A stretch of 64,000 bases of DNA from Candidatus Pacearchaeota archaeon (GTDB lineage Archaea > Nanobdellota > Nanobdellia > Pacearchaeales > GW2011-AR1), in the NCBI GenBank assembly GCA_023139205.1, contig JAGLOA010000003.1, forward strand, positions 1,779 to 65,778. Reading direction: 5' to 3'. The notes below the pieces were generated by a model. The model was not told the DNA's origin. It ran no database searches and saw nothing but the letters and a program-made list of their open reading frames with translations. Each line of letters opens with the position of its first letter. Position 1 is the first letter of the stretch. The translations under genes and the position numbers were made by a program. Shown here in pieces: positions 8,029 to 17,374 of this stretch.

Positions 8029-8988
8029 ATGGTGAGCGGAATTTGGACTGAAAAATACAGACCATCTCAATTCTTAGAGATCGTTGGTCAGGATGATATT
8101 ATCAAAAGAGTAAAAGCCCTGACAAACTCTCTAAACATACCTCATTTGCTCTTTGCAGGACCAGCAGGAACAGGAAAATCAACCCTTGCCTTAGTAGTTG
8201 TAAAAGAACTTTTCAAAGAAACCTGGAAAGAAAACTACCTTGAATTAAATGCTTCTGATGAAAGAGGAATTAATGTAGTAAGAGAAAAAGTAAAAAGTTT
8301 TGCAAGGACAAAATCATTAGGAAATGTCCCATTTAAAGTGATTTTTCTGGATGAAGCAGACGCTTTAACACCTGAAGCTCAACAAGCATTAAGAAGAACA
8401 ATGGAAAATTATGCTGCAACATGTAGATTTATTCTTTCCTGCAATTATTCAAGCAAAATAATTGATCCAATTCAATCAAGATGTGCGATTTTTAGATTTA
8501 AACTTCTTGAAAAAATAGATATTGAAAAAATAATCAAAAGAATATCAGAAACTGAAAACCTAACAATCTCACCAGAAGCAGCAGAAATTCTATATGAAGG
8601 AAGTGAAGGAGATTGCAGAAAATGTATTAACATCTTACAATCAACAGCTTCAATTTCTCCTTCAATTACTGAAGATCTTGTTTCAACAATGATCTCCAAC
8701 ACAAGACCAAAAGATATCAAAATTGTATTAGACTATGCATTATCTGGAGATTTTCAGAAATCAAGAGAAAAACTTTTAGATATGATGCTTAGAGAAAGCA
8801 TCTCAGGGCAAGATGTAATTAAAGCAATTCAAAAAGAAGTTTGGAACCTTCCAATTGAACCAGAAATCAAAGTCAAATTAACAGAAAAAACAGGTGAAAC
8901 AGAATTCAGAATAGTTGAAGGCTCTGACCCATTTGTTCAACTACAATCTCTTCTAGCAAGTTTTGTCTTGGCAGGATTAGGAAAATGA
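8029..8988 (+). CDS. rfcS: replication factor C small subunit
   Basis: WTEKYRP start, Walker A GPAGTGKS, Walker B DEAD, SRC motif (QSRCAIF). Confidence 0.9.
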   Translation: MVSGIWTEKYRPSQFLEIVGQDDIIKRVKALTNSLNIPHLLFAGPAGTGKSTLALVVVKELFKETWKENYLELNASDERGINVVREKVKSFARTKSLGNVPFKVIFLDEADALTPEAQQALRRTMENYAATCRFILSCNYSSKIIDPIQSRCAIFRFKLLEKIDIEKIIKRISETENLTISPEAAEILYEGSEGDCRKCINILQSTASISPSITEDLVSTMISNTRPKDIKIVLDYALSGDFQKSREKLLDMMLRESISGQDVIKAIQKEVWNLPIEPEIKVKLTEKTGETEFRIVEGSDPFVQLQSLLASFVLAGLGK

Positions 8989-9054
8989 TGTTAAAAAGTG
9001 CCAAGATTCTTGTGCCCCGAAGGGGTATATTGGCTGGATTAGGGAAGGTGTAAA

Positions 9055-9453
9055 ATGCCCTATACAACCAAAAAAAAATTTGAAGAAAATTATAAAAATT
9101 GTAAAAATTATTTAAAAGAATTAGAATCCATAAAACCAAAGCCTAAAGAAGAATATCCAAATATACCGGATTTTGGATCTTGTTTAAAAGATATTGAAGA
9201 AATGACGTGTAAAATACATATAGATGATAGAAACAATATGATTGAACACCAAAATAAATATCTAAAAAAAGAAATAAAGTGGTGTAAAAAAAATTTAGAA
9301 GATTTAACAAAATCAAAAAAAGAATCTATTTTTGGATTAATCAACTATAAAAAAATACATACTTTAGATTGGGGGAAATTAGATATGAAAGATTTTAGAA
9401 CATATCTTAATGGGAGGGTAAGAATGTATAGTCCTAATCCTATTGAACATTAA
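9055..9453 (+). CDS. hypothetical protein inserted between rfcS and rfcL
   Basis: 132-aa ORF with no motif. Preceded by a degenerate copy of the rfcS 3' end (9030-9047) and a CCCCGAAGGGG hairpin (9015-9025). Confidence 0.4.
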   Translation: MPYTTKKKFEENYKNCKNYLKELESIKPKPKEEYPNIPDFGSCLKDIEEMTCKIHIDDRNNMIEHQNKYLKKEIKWCKKNLEDLTKSKKESIFGLINYKKIHTLDWGKLDMKDFRTYLNGRVRMYSPNPIEH

Positions 9454-9456
9454 AAA

Positions 9457-10737
9457 ATGGATAATGAAAATTTTTCTTATATAACATCAGTAAGAGGCAA
9501 TGAAGAGATGCCAACCTTTAACACCCCAAAGAATGGAGTGTACGAGAGAAATCAAGGGGTTTCCTCGCCTTGGACTGAAAAATACAGACCTAAAAAATTT
9601 GAAGACCTCAAAGGTCAAAATGAAGCAATAAATAAAATAAAAAACTTTATAGAAAACTTTTCTTCTTCTAAGAAAAAAGCATTAATTCTTCATGGTCCTC
9701 CTGGAACAGGGAAAACTACAATAACACATATAATTGCAGAAGAAACAAATTCAGAAATATTTGAATTAAATGCTTCTGACTTAAGAAATAAAAATAAATT
9801 AAAAGAAATTTTAAAACCTGCAATTGAACAAAGATCTTTAATCAAACAAAAAAAAATAATCTTAATAGATGAAGTAGATGGAATCTCAACAGTAGACAGA
9901 GGGGGATTAACAGAACTTGTATCTTTAATAAAATTAAGTTCTTATCCATTAATAATGACTGCAAATGATGCATGGAACAAAAAATTAAGTCCCTTAAGAA
10001 AAACTTCAGAATTAATACAATTAAAAGAAATTGATTATCACACAACCAAAGAAATTCTATTCAGCATCTTAAGAAAAGAAGGGCTTTTCATCGACAATAA
10101 CATAATAACAAACCTCTCAATAAAAGTAAAAGGAGATATAAGAGCTGCAATAAATGATTTACAAACAATCTCCCATACAAAAGATCACTCTTCATTAAAT
10201 CTCGACGAAAGAAACAAGGAAATTGATATTTTCCACGCACTAAGAATGATCTTCAAAGGAAAAGCAACACAAGAAATACTAAAAGTTTTTGATTCAGTAA
10301 ATATGCCAATAGACAAGAAACTTTTATGGATAGAAGAAAATATTCCTTTAGAATATCAGGGAGAAGAATTAGCAAATGCCTGTGAAAGATTAAGCAGAGC
10401 AGATATTTTTAAAGGAAGAATATACAAACAACAATATTGGAGATTTTTAGTTTATGAAAATATACTTTTAAGCTATGGAGTTTCTGCTGCGAAAAAAAGT
10501 GTTAAAACAGGGTTTACAAGTTACAAAAAACCAACAAGAATTTTAAAAATCTGGATGAACAATCAAAAAATAGCTAAAAGAAAAACAATTGCAAAAAAAT
10601 ATTCAAGATATGTCCACATTGGAGAAAAACGTGCATTGCAGGAATTTTTTATAATCAAACAAATCATAAAATCAAATCCAACAATTTCAAAAGAGTTGAA
10701 ACTTAACGAAGAAGAAGTTGAATATTTAGCAAAGTGA
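9457..10737 (+). CDS. rfcL: replication factor C large subunit; start may be ATG 9508
   Basis: WTEKYRPKKF, Walker A GPPGTGKT, Walker B DEVD. The N-terminal extension carries a fragment of repeat element A (9549-9568). Confidence 0.85.
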   Translation: MDNENFSYITSVRGNEEMPTFNTPKNGVYERNQGVSSPWTEKYRPKKFEDLKGQNEAINKIKNFIENFSSSKKKALILHGPPGTGKTTITHIIAEETNSEIFELNASDLRNKNKLKEILKPAIEQRSLIKQKKIILIDEVDGISTVDRGGLTELVSLIKLSSYPLIMTANDAWNKKLSPLRKTSELIQLKEIDYHTTKEILFSILRKEGLFIDNNIITNLSIKVKGDIRAAINDLQTISHTKDHSSLNLDERNKEIDIFHALRMIFKGKATQEILKVFDSVNMPIDKKLLWIEENIPLEYQGEELANACERLSRADIFKGRIYKQQYWRFLVYENILLSYGVSAAKKSVKTGFTSYKKPTRILKIWMNNQKIAKRKTIAKKYSRYVHIGEKRALQEFFIIKQIIKSNPTISKELKLNEEEVEYLAK

Positions 10738-10794
10738 ATTAGACGCAAGAGGATATAGATTATATAAATATTTAAAAAAGAAAAAGAGTAAATT

Positions 10795-11028
10795 ATGGAC
10801 ATGGTAAATTTAGGCGCTAAACAAATTGCTCAAAAAGCAGCAGAATATTTGCAAGAATTAAAGAATGTCTCTGATATTTCTTTGGAGGAAATAGAATTGG
10901 TAGGAGAGGGATATTGGTTGGTCACCTTGAGCTATACTTCTTATAACATATTAGATTCAAAAGAACATTGGAAAGTTTTCAAGATAGATGCTTCTACAGG
11001 GGAAGTTCTCTCTATGAAATCCAAATAA
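10795..11028 (+). CDS. small hypothetical protein, possible antitoxin-like partner
   Basis: 77 aa; its stop lies 1 nt before the next ORF. Confidence 0.3.
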   Translation: MDMVNLGAKQIAQKAAEYLQELKNVSDISLEEIELVGEGYWLVTLSYTSYNILDSKEHWKVFKIDASTGEVLSMKSK

Positions 11029-11029
11029 A

Positions 11030-11566
11030 ATGGGAAAACCATTTACTCTAGATAAACGAATAATTCAAAGATATGCATCAAAAGGTTTAATTTTAGATAC
11101 AAAATTGTTTATCCTTTTTTTAGCTGGAATTTATAATCCCAACTCAATAGGAAAGAATAAACTAACAAAAGAATTTAGCATAGAGGATTGGGAATTAATA
11201 CAAATATTTCTTAAAGCTTCAAATAATAAAATCTTGGTGACTCCCCACATACTCACAGAAAGTTCAAATTTTCTAGAAAGAGATTTAAAAGGAGAATTCC
11301 AAATTTGGTTCAAAAAAATCTCAAAAGAACTAATGAAAATGAAAGAATTTTTGATTGAAAAAAATAAAATATTATCTATCCCAGAAACTCAAAGATTTGG
11401 GATAACAGATATAGGAACAATAATCACCCGTAAAATTTGTGGGGGGCTTATAATAACTAGTGATTCAAACCTAGTGAGAGAATATTCAAAAAAAGGGGTG
11501 CCCATACTAAATTTTAATCATTTAAGAAATATTTACTGGGCAAAGAAAAAAGGGATTTTATCTTAA
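11030..11566 (+). CDS. hypothetical protein, possibly a PIN-like nuclease
   Basis: LILDTKLFILFLAG and TPHILTES resemble the PIN D..T/E pattern; this is weak. Confidence 0.3.
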   Translation: MGKPFTLDKRIIQRYASKGLILDTKLFILFLAGIYNPNSIGKNKLTKEFSIEDWELIQIFLKASNNKILVTPHILTESSNFLERDLKGEFQIWFKKISKELMKMKEFLIEKNKILSIPETQRFGITDIGTIITRKICGGLIITSDSNLVREYSKKGVPILNFNHLRNIYWAKKKGILS

Positions 11567-11705
11567 CTAACACTAAGCTCCAGTATCAGAACCTATTCAT
11601 CCCCATCCAAATCCAGGAGAAGGAGAATCACTTGACAAGCTGTAAACATTAACTCTCTCTTCTTTTTTCATTTTTACCAAACCTAAATCAATAAAAATAA
11701 AAAAC

Positions 11706-12530
11706 TTAATTCAATTCGTCTAAAATTTTTGACAAATCTTCTAATGGTCTATAACCACTTACAAAATACCTACCATTAATCACATTTGCAGGAGTTCCTG
11801 TTGCACCATACTTTTCTGCAACATCTCTGTTCGCACTTAAATCAAGTGCATAGATAGTTATCTCTGGATATTTTTCTTGTGCTTCAACCAAAACCGGATG
11901 GTATTTAGTGCACCATCCACAGCCAGCACCATAAAACGAAATCAAAGTTTTAGGAATTAAATCATAATTTGCAAATTCATTAATTCTCATAGAAGCATCA
12001 TATTCTTCTGATTCTTCAACATCAAAAGATAATATTTTTGATTTAATATCTTCAGGCAATTCATTTTCAAAAACACTCCAATCAACAGATTCTGGTCGTT
12101 GAGTCTGTTGGTCTGATTGAGAAGAATCTTCTTCATTAATTGCTGCTAAAGGAATTAAACTTGAAGTGAAATATTCTCCATCCATTGTAACATAAACTGG
12201 AAAATCTTGTCCTTGAATTGAAAGAGTAACTTTATAAAAACCATTTTCTTCGACCACATTAATTAATTCTGCATTAGCTCCTTGTGCATTTGCAAAATCA
12301 AGAACAGCCTCTCCAGCAACATCTTCTGAAATAACAGAACCAGTTATACCTGAAAAACTTCCAATTACAAAAATAAACGTTATAACTCCTAAAACAATTG
12401 TTGAAAGAATCCACGGATTTTCCCTTAATTTTTTAGTAACAGTATCTTTTTTATCAACAACTTTTTCATTAACACCTTCTGAAATATTTTCATTTTCACT
12501 TTCCATTAAATAAAAATATGAAAAAGTCAT
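11706..12530 (-). CDS. membrane-anchored thioredoxin-fold thiol-disulfide oxidoreductase
   Basis: N-terminal TM helix, CGWC active-site motif, C-terminal GTPANVING thioredoxin fold. Confidence 0.55.
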   Translation of the reverse strand: MTFSYFYLMESENENISEGVNEKVVDKKDTVTKKLRENPWILSTIVLGVITFIFVIGSFSGITGSVISEDVAGEAVLDFANAQGANAELINVVEENGFYKVTLSIQGQDFPVYVTMDGEYFTSSLIPLAAINEEDSSQSDQQTQRPESVDWSVFENELPEDIKSKILSFDVEESEEYDASMRINEFANYDLIPKTLISFYGAGCGWCTKYHPVLVEAQEKYPEITIYALDLSANRDVAEKYGATGTPANVINGRYFVSGYRPLEDLSKILDELN

Positions 12531-12594
12531 TTAAAAACATTTTGGTAAAAAAAATTATCAATAACTATAAAAATATCTTTAATTTTATTTTAAT

Positions 12595-13905
12595 ATGGCA
12601 TATGATATAATAGTCGGAAGAAATGCATCTGACAAAAAAGAGTTGGGAGACAAAGGTCTTGTTTTTATTGGTAAAGGTTATGTAAAAATGGGGCAATACA
12701 CTTCTCTGAGTAATAAAATTTATATGGACATTGCAAGAAGTCATGTTATTCTTGTCGCAGGGAAAAGAGGTTCTGGAAAATCTTACACCCTCGGAGTTGT
12801 TGCAGAAGAACTCTCTAATCTTCCCAAGGAAACAAGCCAAAATATTGCTTCATTAATTTTTGACACAATGGGAATTTATTGGACAATGAAATTCCAAAAT
12901 GAAAAAGATAAAAAATTATTACAGGATTGGGAACTAAAACCAAAGAATCTTCCTGTAAAAATCTTTGTTCCTTTTGGGCATTATGAAAATTATCTTGAAA
13001 AAGGGATTCCTGCAGATGAACAGTTTGCATTAGATGTAACTGAACTCAATCCTGAAGATTGGATTATTACCTTTGGATTAAAATTAACAAACCCCATAGC
13101 TGTTTTAATTGAAAGAACAATTACTAAACTAAAAAAAACAGGAGAATTCAATCTTCAGGAAATAATTTCAAATTTAGAAGCAGATGAAAAAACTTCAAGA
13201 GAAATAAAAAACGCAGCAGTAGGATTATTCGAAGCAGCAAACACTTGGGGAATTTTCGCAAAAAAACAAAAAGAATCAACCCAGGTAAAAGATTTAATTA
13301 ATGCAGGTTCAACTTCAGTTTTAGATTTAAGTGTCTATAGTTCTATTGGAGCATTTAACGTAAGAGCATTAGCAATAAGCTTAATCTCAAGGAAAATTTT
13401 CAACCAAAGAATGGATGCAAGAAAAAAAGAAGAAATCAAATCCATTTCTAAAAATCTTGAATATTCCTCAATACAAGAAAAAAAAGAAACACCTTTAGTC
13501 TGGATGTTCATTGATGAAGCCCACGAGTTCCTTCCTTTAAATTCCAAAACAATTGCAACAGATGCTCTAGTTCAAATTTTAAGAGAAGGAAGACAGCCAG
13601 GAATTTCTTTGGTTTTAGCAACACAACAGCCAGGACAAATACATAGAGACGTAATGACTCAATCAGATATTGTAATCTCACACAGAGTTACTTCCCAGCC
13701 AGACACAGAAGCATTAAACCAAATTATGCAAAGCTATCTGTTAAATAGTATTCAAAAATACATGGACGAACTTCCAACACTAAAAGGTTCTGCAATAATT
13801 CTCGATGACAATTCAGAAAGAATTTATCCTTTAAGAGTAAAACCAAGATTTACTTGGCACGGGGGAGAAGCACCGACTGCAGTGAAAAGAGAAAAGAAAT
13901 TATAA
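12595..13905 (+). CDS. HerA/FtsK-like ATPase (DUF87 family)
   Basis: Walker A GKRGSGKS, Walker B WMFIDEAHEF, QQPGQ region. Confidence 0.6.
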   Translation: MAYDIIVGRNASDKKELGDKGLVFIGKGYVKMGQYTSLSNKIYMDIARSHVILVAGKRGSGKSYTLGVVAEELSNLPKETSQNIASLIFDTMGIYWTMKFQNEKDKKLLQDWELKPKNLPVKIFVPFGHYENYLEKGIPADEQFALDVTELNPEDWIITFGLKLTNPIAVLIERTITKLKKTGEFNLQEIISNLEADEKTSREIKNAAVGLFEAANTWGIFAKKQKESTQVKDLINAGSTSVLDLSVYSSIGAFNVRALAISLISRKIFNQRMDARKKEEIKSISKNLEYSSIQEKKETPLVWMFIDEAHEFLPLNSKTIATDALVQILREGRQPGISLVLATQQPGQIHRDVMTQSDIVISHRVTSQPDTEALNQIMQSYLLNSIQKYMDELPTLKGSAIILDDNSERIYPLRVKPRFTWHGGEAPTAVKREKKL

Positions 13906-13933
13906 ATAGATGTTCCTTCGAGAGGATAATAAT

Positions 13934-14269
13934 TTATTTTCTATTATTTTTTAATTTATCAATTTTTAATGAGAGAATCATCAAACAGAAGAAGATTAAC
14001 GAAATAACAAAACTAACATTCCTTTGAAATTCCAATCTCTTTCTTTCATTTCCACAGATATTTATATCTCTCATATTTAAATAAGCATCTTCTAAATCAT
14101 TGCTATCGAGTTTTAACTCTTGTTTACACACATCATAATCAAATGAGGAATATATTCCTTTATAATTAATAAACATTAATACAGAAATTATAAAAAAGAC
14201 TATCAAAATCCCAGATACCACCAAACCCCTATTTTCTTTAACTATCTTTTTCATTTCTATTAAGATCAT
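13934..14269 (-). CDS. small membrane protein (hypothetical)
   Basis: 111 aa with TM helices. Confidence 0.3.
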   Translation of the reverse strand: MILIEMKKIVKENRGLVVSGILIVFFIISVLMFINYKGIYSSFDYDVCKQELKLDSNDLEDAYLNMRDINICGNERKRLEFQRNVSFVISLIFFCLMILSLKIDKLKNNRK

Positions 14270-14295
14270 AAAAGAAGGATTAGTTTTAAGTTTTT

Positions 14296-15126
14296 CTATA
14301 AAACCTGAAAATCAACCCTTAATCTAATTTTGTAAGGTGCAATTTCACCTGCTGATTTTACATTTAAAATTTTAATTTTCTTTTTGAATTTTTTAGCTTC
14401 TTGTTTTATTTTTTCTACGACTAAATCAATTTTGTCGGTATCACAAAAATCATAATAATAAATTCTTGTATTTTTTTTGCTTAACATAAAAGCTTGTTCA
14501 AGAAAACTATCTCTTAATTGAGGTCTTGGCATTACAATAACATCAAACTTTGCCCCTTGTAAAAATTCTTGAAGAGAATTTTTCGGGGCACACCCTTGGG
14601 TGTCAACACTAGAACCTATTACTCTCTTAATATCTCCAGAAACCAACTCAACTTTATCTTTTAATTTATTTAACTCAATATTTAATTTTGCATATTTGTT
14701 TGCTTCACGATTTAATTCATTTGAAAAAACTCTTTCTGCTTTGGAATTTTTAGCAATAATAATTGAAAAAGGTGCGACACCTGCAAACATCACCAAAACA
14801 TTTTCTCCTTTTTTTATTTTTGAAGCAATTTCTTTTCTCTCATTACTTAATCTAGGAGAAAAATAAGTTGAATCAATATTAAACCTAAAAACACAACCAT
14901 TTTCTTTATACAAAACTTCTTTTGTTTTTTCACCAGCTAAATACTTTGTAGAAATCTTTCTTAATCGACCTTTAATTCTTCCCTGTTTTTCTAAAACAGT
15001 TTTAACTGATTTTTGTTCTTTCAATAATTTTTCAGTAAATCTCTTTTTATCTTTTTGTTTAAACTCTTTAGGAAACCTAACAACTGCTATATTCCCTAAA
15101 ATATCAAAAGCCCGTTGTTTTTTCAT
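14296..15126 (-). CDS. trm5: tRNA (m1G37) methyltransferase, Trm5/Taw2 family
   Basis: FDILGNIAVV..FSPRLSNER pattern with a class I SAM-MTase fold region. Confidence 0.65.
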   Translation of the reverse strand: MKKQRAFDILGNIAVVRFPKEFKQKDKKRFTEKLLKEQKSVKTVLEKQGRIKGRLRKISTKYLAGEKTKEVLYKENGCVFRFNIDSTYFSPRLSNERKEIASKIKKGENVLVMFAGVAPFSIIIAKNSKAERVFSNELNREANKYAKLNIELNKLKDKVELVSGDIKRVIGSSVDTQGCAPKNSLQEFLQGAKFDVIVMPRPQLRDSFLEQAFMLSKKNTRIYYYDFCDTDKIDLVVEKIKQEAKKFKKKIKILNVKSAGEIAPYKIRLRVDFQVL

Positions 15127-15562
15127 AAATCTTTTTAACCTCCTCTAAAAATTCTTCTGAATCTAAAATTGCATTTTCTGCGTCTTCCTTCAAGATATTC
15201 AAATCAAAACCATATAAAATTTCATGTCTATCTTCTCGTAAAATATTAAAAGAATTAATTAAATGTTGAGGGATTTTATCAGAATATTTTTCATTGATAT
15301 AAACATAAGTTGCATAATGACTTTTTTCCTGGATCCCCTCTTTATATAATATGGCTCGTACAGCATGAAACATCGAAGTATAAACAGATAAAACTGAATT
15401 ATTAAAAAATCCAGCACCAAATAATTTCTTCGCTTCCTCCAACTTTGCTTCAGCTATTTTTATACTTGAATTTGCTTTTTCTAAATTAGGAGAAATTTTT
15501 CTCAATATTCTTTTTTTAAAACAATCATTAACATCCATTTTATTCAACAATAGGTTTTTCAC
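15104..15562 (-). CDS. HEPN-domain protein, toxin-like partner of the adjacent MNT
   Basis: REDRHEILYG resembles the HEPN R-x(3-6)-H motif. Overlaps the MNT gene by 23 nt. Confidence 0.6.
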   Translation of the reverse strand: MKNLLLNKMDVNDCFKKRILRKISPNLEKANSSIKIAEAKLEEAKKLFGAGFFNNSVLSVYTSMFHAVRAILYKEGIQEKSHYATYVYINEKYSDKIPQHLINSFNILREDRHEILYGFDLNILKEDAENAILDSEEFLEEVKKIYEKTTGF

Positions 15563-16094
15563 CTACCAAACAAACCCCCTTAGTAATTACTTCCTGATAA
15601 AATGCTTTATTTATTTTTGCTTGTTTTTTCCATTCAAACCAAGAGAAAATATGCGAATTAAGTTCTCTATCAAATTTCTTTTGATACTGAAAAATAATCT
15701 CCCTTATTTTTTTCTTATCTTTTCCAATCACCAATAAATCAATATCACTTTTCTCGTCATCCAACCCTTCTGCAATGCTCCCAAAAATAACAACATAAGA
15801 AACTTTTTTTTCTAATGCTTTGATTATCCCAGAATCTTCTACTTTCTTCAGAGAAAAAATAAGTTTTATATTTCTAAAAACAATTGAATCAAGATTTGCT
15901 TTAAAATATCTTAAATTAGCTTTTCTTTCATCTTTAATCAAATTCTCGTTCAAAAATAAATTCAAAAATCTCTGAGCACTATTCAAACTTATTTTCAATT
16001 TTCTGGAAAATTCTCTCAAATGAATTTCTTCGTAAGGATTTTCAACAAAAAAATTCAACGCTTTAAGTACCAAAAAACTGTATTCTTTTTTCAT
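15540..16094 (-). CDS. minimal nucleotidyltransferase (MNT) with an N-terminal wHTH
   Basis: GSIAEG..SDIDLLV nucleotidyltransferase motif. Confidence 0.7.
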   Translation of the reverse strand: MKKEYSFLVLKALNFFVENPYEEIHLREFSRKLKISLNSAQRFLNLFLNENLIKDERKANLRYFKANLDSIVFRNIKLIFSLKKVEDSGIIKALEKKVSYVVIFGSIAEGLDDEKSDIDLLVIGKDKKKIREIIFQYQKKFDRELNSHIFSWFEWKKQAKINKAFYQEVITKGVCLVGEKPIVE

Positions 16095-16104
16095 ACAATT
16101 GTAT
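16093..16104. promoter_or_regulatory. perfect 12-bp palindrome ATACAATTGTAT at the start of the MNT-HEPN operon, an operator candidate
   Basis: Read directly from the sequence; it overlaps the start codon at 16092-16094. Confidence 0.4.
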
Positions 16105-16178
16105 TATATTTTGACATATTTAAACTTTTCTTTTTAAATAATATAAAACTTTATAAAAACAAATTCCGTACATCAATC

Positions 16179-17372
16179 ATGCAAAAGAGGAATTTAATAA
16201 TTGTTTTAGGATTATCTTTGATTAATTTTGTGAGTGCAGCTAGTTTTTCTTTAGAAAATGTTTTTGATGGAATTGATCCTTCAACAATTACTTTAGGTGC
16301 AGTTTTTATAATTTCATTTGCATTAATTTACTGGGCATTATCAAGGGTGATTAAAGATGGAACAACAGGGGAACCAAACAAAGGAATTGTAGGAGTAACT
16401 TCAATCACAGCCGCTCTTTTTGCAACATGGGGGATAAATACTTTAAATATTGATATAGAAAATTACTTAAAATTAGGATTAATTTTCGTAGCTTCATTTG
16501 TCCCAATAAATTTCATATTATCAAGAGTAATAAAAAACAAAACAACAGGGGAACCAAACAAAGGAATTGCAGGAATGATTTCACTTGCATTAGCCCTAAT
16601 AATTACTTATGGGGTAAATACATTTGATTTTGATATAGAAAATTTATTTTTTGATATGGGACTTCCAACAGACATCTTTACGATTATACTCCCAATAATA
16701 ACAATAATAATAATTATAGCAGGGATAATCTTTGCAATTGTAAAGTTCAAATTTGTGAGAAAGTATTTTCTATTTATCCTTGGAGGATTATTTTTTCTAT
16801 TAAGTTTCATAGTATATGAAGGAAATAGATTGTTCATGATTATTCTTGCAGTTATTTCTGGAGTAATTGGACTTTTTCTGAAGTTTAAAAAAAAAGATAG
16901 TGTAGGGGGAGGAAATTATAATTATAAACAAACACGTGAAGAAAAAAGATATAGACAACAATTAGAAAAAGAGAAATATTATCAACAAAAAGATGTAAAC
17001 AAGAAATTAAAGAGAAATTGGGAACAACAACAAAGAGAAAAACAAATGAAAGCTGTAGGGGAATTTGGAAAGAAATGGGGAGGAAAGATAGGGAAAGGTG
17101 CTGAAACTGTAGGAAAAGGAGTAAAATGGACAGCAAATAAAAGCACAAGACCAATAAGAAAAAGAATAAGAGCTCAAAAGATAGCAAATAGACGAGAAGA
17201 AAGATTAGCAAAAGAACAACCCGGGATTAGTAAATGGCAAAGAGCAAATTATAGAGCGAGATATAAAGAATTAAGAAAGCAATATGATAAAATTGGTAAG
17301 CAAAATCCCAATGATCCAAGATTACCAGGATTAGCACAAGAAGCAAAAAGATTAATTAAATTAATAAGATAA
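16179..17372 (+). CDS. membrane protein with an internal tandem duplication and a K/R/Q-rich tail
   Basis: Signal/TM at the N-terminus. Two ~60-aa repeats LSRVIK(D/N)(G/K)TTGEPNKGI(V/A)G, with DNA repeats at about 16340-16400 and 16520-16590. Start chosen at ATG 16179 rather than the track's 16020. Confidence 0.5.
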   Translation: MQKRNLIIVLGLSLINFVSAASFSLENVFDGIDPSTITLGAVFIISFALIYWALSRVIKDGTTGEPNKGIVGVTSITAALFATWGINTLNIDIENYLKLGLIFVASFVPINFILSRVIKNKTTGEPNKGIAGMISLALALIITYGVNTFDFDIENLFFDMGLPTDIFTIILPIITIIIIIAGIIFAIVKFKFVRKYFLFILGGLFFLLSFIVYEGNRLFMIILAVISGVIGLFLKFKKKDSVGGGNYNYKQTREEKRYRQQLEKEKYYQQKDVNKKLKRNWEQQQREKQMKAVGEFGKKWGGKIGKGAETVGKGVKWTANKSTRPIRKRIRAQKIANRREERLAKEQPGISKWQRANYRARYKELRKQYDKIGKQNPNDPRLPGLAQEAKRLIKLIR

Positions 17373-17374
17373 AA

